Shown here one piece after another: positions 59,824 to 64,000 of a stretch of 64,000 bases of DNA; position 1 is the first letter of the stretch, and each line of letters begins with the position of its first letter. Below the pieces are notes generated by a model. It ran no database searches. It was given only the letters and a program-made list of their open reading frames with translations, and had not been told where the DNA came from. A program made the translations under genes and the position numbers. Where the stretch lies: positions 2,113-66,112 of the forward strand of contig JACPEP010000007.1 in assembly GCA_016183425.1 (NCBI GenBank), read 5' to 3'. The stretch comes from Chloroflexota bacterium (GTDB taxonomy: Bacteria > Chloroflexota > Dehalococcoidia > JACPEP01).

Positions 59824-60210
59824 GTAGGGTGGGTGGAGCGCAGCGGAACCCACCTTCACTTTTTGTGGTGGGTTTCGTTTCCTCCAGAGGCGGACAGGTC
59901 ACTTCACCCAACCTACGATCTGGCAACAACCGTGTTTAGCACCGTGTGCGGCTATGGTGCAAAGAGGGGCCGCCTGTCTTTGACATTCGTGGTGACAAGG
60001 TAAGGGAATCCTTCATTAGGATAACGCTGAAAATCCGGCATCCTGTCCCCTCAGGAACATTCGGCAGGTCGGGTTAGGAAACCCGACCTACTTAACTTAA
60101 CTATCAAGTAGGGCAGGTTTCCCAACCTGCTCTGCCCAGTTTGTAGAGTGGGGGGAACCCCCCTTCACTGTTTGTGGTGGGTTTCGTTTCACTTCACCCA
60201 CCCTACGGCT
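59824..60210. repeat. Cluster of GTAG REP-like repeats
   Basis: Long copies at 59824-59916 and 60137-60210, plus a doublet at 60064-60091 and 60108-60135. Confidence 0.78.
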
Positions 60211-61069
60211 ACCCCTCCTCCCCTATCCTCCGGTACATGCCGGGCACCCGCCACCTGGGGAGGTAAAAGAGGCTTTGGGCCTCTTTCTCGATCTCTTCCG
60301 CCACCGCTATGGTAGCCACTGCCAGCCCCTCCGCCTCGTCCCCCGTCTCGGCCACGATGTGGCCCCGGGGGTCGACGATGAGGCTGTGGCCGTAGTAGTC
60401 CGTCTCTCCTTGGTCGCAGAGGCCCACCTGGTTAGAGGCGATGAACCAACGGCGGTTCTCCAGGGCCCGAGTGCGGCTGAAAAGGTCGTAGAAGTAGCTT
60501 GTCGTCTTGCCCCGGGCGGTGGGCATGACCAGGATTTGGGCGCCGGCCAGGGTCAGCTCCCGCGTTGACTCCGGGAAGGCCTGGTCCCAGCAGATGAGGA
60601 GCCCCACCCGGCCCAGGGGGGTGCTGACCACCTCCCAGGACCGGCCGGGGCGGAATATGTTCCGCTCGTCTCCAGGGAGGTGCACCTTGCGGTAGACGGC
60701 GGCCAACCCCTCCGGCCCCACCATCACCGCCGAGTTGAAGAGGGTAGGTACATGGTTGGCCGGCCCCACCTCCGTCATGCCAAAGACGATATACATCCCC
60801 TTTTCGCGGGCTTGCTCTGTGAGAAGCTGGGTGCTCTCTCCCGGCACCGGCTCGGCGTTGCGGTGATGATACTCCAACTCCTCCGGGGTGAACTGGTGGT
60901 CCAGGCTGTAGAGATACCCCTGGAGGGACTGCTCCGGAAAGACCACCAGGCGAGCCCCCTTCTCCGCCGCCTCCTCCAGGAACTCCAGATACCGTTTCAG
61001 GTTCCTCCCTTTGTCGTGGACAACTCGCATGGCCGCGGCGGCCACTGTGACCGGCCCTTTCTCCGCCAT
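60209..61069 (-). CDS. Carbon-nitrogen hydrolase (nitrilase superfamily)
   Basis: E-K-C triad in FPEQ, YRKVHL, ICWD; GHSLIVDP. Confidence 0.92.
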   Translation of the reverse strand: MAEKGPVTVAAAAMRVVHDKGRNLKRYLEFLEEAAEKGARLVVFPEQSLQGYLYSLDHQFTPEELEYHHRNAEPVPGESTQLLTEQAREKGMYIVFGMTEVGPANHVPTLFNSAVMVGPEGLAAVYRKVHLPGDERNIFRPGRSWEVVSTPLGRVGLLICWDQAFPESTRELTLAGAQILVMPTARGKTTSYFYDLFSRTRALENRRWFIASNQVGLCDQGETDYYGHSLIVDPRGHIVAETGDEAEGLAVATIAVAEEIEKEAQSLFYLPRWRVPGMYRRIGEEG

Positions 61070-61241
61070 AGGTAGCTCCCTTCTCCAATAAGGCTGTCAG
61101 GCTGCCATGATAGCACGCATGTCGTGGTTCAATCAATATATTGTTGTACGGGTAGCGTCTCAACGATTCATGCTTTAGTTTAGGGCTTGCCTTCGGTGCG
61201 GAGACTTTGGTCTTTGTGACTATACCACGTGCAACACCCTC

Positions 61242-61271
61242 TTGACAGTAGTCGCGGACTGGTAGTACATT
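61242..61271 (+). promoter_or_regulatory. Sigma70-type promoter
   Basis: TTGACA-N18-TACATT upstream of the SBP gene. Confidence 0.5.
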
Positions 61272-61336
61272 CGGCTCATCTCGGTGCTCACGCAGCACTG
61301 GGGAAAATTAGGTTTTGAAGGAGTTTGGAGATTTAG

Positions 61337-63043
61337 ATGGCACAGGAAAACAACTACTGGACGGAGGTTTTTCACAAAAGAATATCCCGTCGGCGAGCGC
61401 TAGGGGTGGCTGCCCGGGCCAGTCTGGGCGTAGCGGGAGCGGCCCTTTTAGGGTGCGCCGCCACCCCTGCCCCCACGCCCACTAAGGCCCTGGCAGTCTC
61501 ACCGGCCGCCGCTACCCCCACTCTCAGACCAGCTGTTACTTCTACGCCGGTGGCAAAAACCTTAGATAAGCTTGTGATAGCCCATACCAGGGACATACCC
61601 AGTCTTGACCCGCAAGTACAGTCGGGAAATATCTCACAAGGCGGATACTGGGATATGCTCACCGACACCCTGGTGACTTTGGCTCGGGAGGAAGAGAGCC
61701 TCAAACTGGTGCCCGGTTTAGCCACCAGTTGGAAGGTCATGGAGGACGACCCCAGGACCTGGGAGTTCAAGCTGAGGCAGGGGGTAAAGTTCCACAACGG
61801 GGAAGAGTTTGACGCCGACACGGTGGTCTATAACATCGATCGCAACAAAGACCCGGTGCTCAAGCTTAACATGATGCCATATGTTAAGGACGCCACCGCC
61901 AAGGCGATAGATAAGTATACCGCCCGCCTGACCTGGCCTCAGCCCTATCCCCTGGCGGCAGCTCGGCTCGTGGGATTCCCCATCGTCCCCCGGAAGTACA
62001 TCCAGGAGAACGGGGAGAAGATCATGAGTGAAAAGCCCATTGGTACCGGTTACTACAAGTTTGTCAAATGGGTCAAGGACGACTATGTGGAGATGGAGTG
62101 GGCGGGGAGCCACTGGCGAGGGAAGACGCCGACGGCGAAGACAGTAATCCAGAAGGTGATACCGGAGATCGCTCCTCGTATCGCCGCTCTCCAGACAGGG
62201 GCAGCGGACGTCATCTTCGATATACCGCCCGACCTGGTGTCTGATGTGAGCAAAGATCCCAATGTGGGTATTTACAAGTCCACCAATACGGCCGTCCCTA
62301 ATTTTGGAATCAGCCAGATGAAGGAGGGGCCCTTGCGGGATAAGCGGGTGCGGCTGGCCTTGAACCTGGCCATAGACAGGGAGACCATTGTTAAGACCAT
62401 GTTCGGCGGCTTCTATCAGGTGGTACCAGATACGGTGGTACCGCTTGCCTTTGGCTACAATGCTGATTTGAAGCCATATCCCTACGATGCCAAGAAGGCC
62501 AAGGATCTTTTGGCAGAGGCGGGCTATCCCAATGGTTTTGATACGGTGATCGACATGGGCAAGGTGGCCTATCCGCGATATAAGGAATATACCCAGGCTA
62601 TTGCCGAGTACTGGCGGCAGATAGGGGTCAAGGCCACCATCAGACCACAGGAAGGGGCGGCCTCGTGGAGTGACTGGGGCATGGAGGTTCGGACGGCTGG
62701 CAAGGGGCCTGAGGGAGTATACCTGCAAGGCTATTGTGATTGCCTACTGGATGCGGATGATACGTGGCGCTACTACACAACCTGGGATCCCAAAGCTGGT
62801 TCGGGGACCTACTCTTGGATCGAGGATGCCAAGCTGGATAAGATGGTCGCCGATAGTCGTAGCACCATGGATCTGGAGAAAAGGAAGAAACTGCTCCAGG
62901 AGATCCAGGCCTACAACCATGAGCAGGCCTATGCTATCCCTCTGTGGGTCGCGACCTTCAACTGGGGCTACGCTAAGAAAAGGATCAAGAATCTTTACGC
63001 CCGACTCTTCCGTGTGTTCGTCTGGGATGTCGAGCTGGCCTAG
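61337..63043 (+). CDS. ABC family 5 solute-binding lipoprotein (paralog of 41786..43465)
   Basis: YW...SRRRAL...C leader, PGLATSW, VKFHNGEEFDAD, EGPLRDKRVR. Confidence 0.92.
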   Translation: MAQENNYWTEVFHKRISRRRALGVAARASLGVAGAALLGCAATPAPTPTKALAVSPAAATPTLRPAVTSTPVAKTLDKLVIAHTRDIPSLDPQVQSGNISQGGYWDMLTDTLVTLAREEESLKLVPGLATSWKVMEDDPRTWEFKLRQGVKFHNGEEFDADTVVYNIDRNKDPVLKLNMMPYVKDATAKAIDKYTARLTWPQPYPLAAARLVGFPIVPRKYIQENGEKIMSEKPIGTGYYKFVKWVKDDYVEMEWAGSHWRGKTPTAKTVIQKVIPEIAPRIAALQTGAADVIFDIPPDLVSDVSKDPNVGIYKSTNTAVPNFGISQMKEGPLRDKRVRLALNLAIDRETIVKTMFGGFYQVVPDTVVPLAFGYNADLKPYPYDAKKAKDLLAEAGYPNGFDTVIDMGKVAYPRYKEYTQAIAEYWRQIGVKATIRPQEGAASWSDWGMEVRTAGKGPEGVYLQGYCDCLLDADDTWRYYTTWDPKAGSGTYSWIEDAKLDKMVADSRSTMDLEKRKKLLQEIQAYNHEQAYAIPLWVATFNWGYAKKRIKNLYARLFRVFVWDVELA

Positions 63044-63304
63044 CTGGGGAAGGCGGCCTTTAGAGGCAGCCTGTCCTTATGGAAGGGTGGCCTTTGATGC
63101 AACAGATTGCTGTGGGCCAAGGCAGCCACTCCCTCCTTACCGTAGGCTGCCAGTAGACGCCGCATATGCCGCACCAATTCAATGAAACCCTCTCTTTCTT
63201 CATAGGTTGACATTTTCACTAAACCATTAGGTGGTGTCATAATCACAGAGCTGCCACACTCACAGGTTGCCGAGGGAGCCGGAGGGTCTTACAATGAATC
63301 CATC

Positions 63305-63760
63305 TTGGCTCACAGAGTGGAAATCCAGGTTGAGCGACCGTGGGGAAGGCTGGTCAAAAAGGCCTGGCTCAAAGAGATTGTGCTCACCCTTCTGGAAGCG
63401 GAGAAGGTGGGGGGGCGGGTGACGGTGGGCGTTCTGCTCACTGGCGACGAAACCATCCAGGCGCTGAATCGAAGCTATCGAGGGCGGGACGAGGTGACGG
63501 ATGTCCTCTCCTTCCCTCTGGAGCCGGAATCCTTCCCCACCCCCCCCGGCCAACTCCCCTACCTGGGGGAGGTGGCCATCTCGGTGCCCCAAGCCAAAAG
63601 GCAGGCTGAGGAGGCCGGCCACTCCCTGGACCAGGAGGTGGCCCATCTCCTGGTACATGGTTTGCTGCACATCCTGGGCTACGACCACGAGGAAGAAGAG
63701 GATGCCCAAAGGATGGAGGCAAAGGAGGCGGAGATCCTCAACCTGCTGCCCCGGACTTAG
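63305..63760 (+). CDS. ybeY: Endoribonuclease YbeY
   Basis: LNRSYRG, TDVLSF, LGEVAIS, HGLLHILGYDH. Confidence 0.95.
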   Translation: MAHRVEIQVERPWGRLVKKAWLKEIVLTLLEAEKVGGRVTVGVLLTGDETIQALNRSYRGRDEVTDVLSFPLEPESFPTPPGQLPYLGEVAISVPQAKRQAEEAGHSLDQEVAHLLVHGLLHILGYDHEEEEDAQRMEAKEAEILNLLPRT

Positions 63761-63927
63761 CCTGGTTAGAAATTGTCCATTGACGGCAACTCTTTGAGTC
63801 CACTATGTACATACATCTGCCGATGTGGGGAGTCCAGAGAGCGAAGCCCTTTCCTCCAGGGGTAGGCAGGTTGGCGGGTGGTGAGGGCTTTTTCAAAAAA
63901 TCGCTGTGTCTGCCTCTCAGGGCTTCG

Positions 63928-63955
63928 TTGACGGTAGACCCCCGTAGTATATAAT
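63928..63955 (+). promoter_or_regulatory. Sigma70-type promoter for a gene starting near 63978
   Basis: TTGACG-N16-TATAAT. Confidence 0.5.
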
Positions 63956-64000
63956 CTAAGGCGACGGGGGGATGGCAATGGCTCAAGAATCATCTCAGGT

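Overview
GC-rich bacterial chromosome segment, most likely an uncultured Chloroflexota (Dehalococcoidia-like). This is inferred from gene content and the 'YW...SRRxxL...C' twin-arginine lipoprotein leaders. It carries housekeeping genes (3' end of thrS, resA/resB, alr, recA-recX, groES-groEL with a perfect CIRCE, rnhB-yraN, plsX, dtd, nadC, miaB, ybeY), four tRNAs and anaerobic or catabolic enzymes. Two candidate systems stand out. (1) A tightly linked cluster of radical SAM, two Fe-S dehydratase/reductase-type subunits, a BadF-type activase and plsX, preceded by a CTP-dependent lipid kinase-like gene. It resembles a split plasmalogen-synthase/glycerol-ester-reductase plus a possible membrane-spanning-lipid synthase. 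(2) A duplicated module of VOC enzyme, family-5 solute-binding protein and two GidA-like flavoproteins sharing a Cx6Cx2Cx3C motif. Intergenic DNA holds GTAG-type REP palindromes, MITE-like elements and a RAYT transposase, next to broken toxin genes (MazF fragment, frameshifted HicA, probable PIN remnant), two of them beside intact antitoxin-type genes. All assignments come from motif recognition by eye; no database searches were run.
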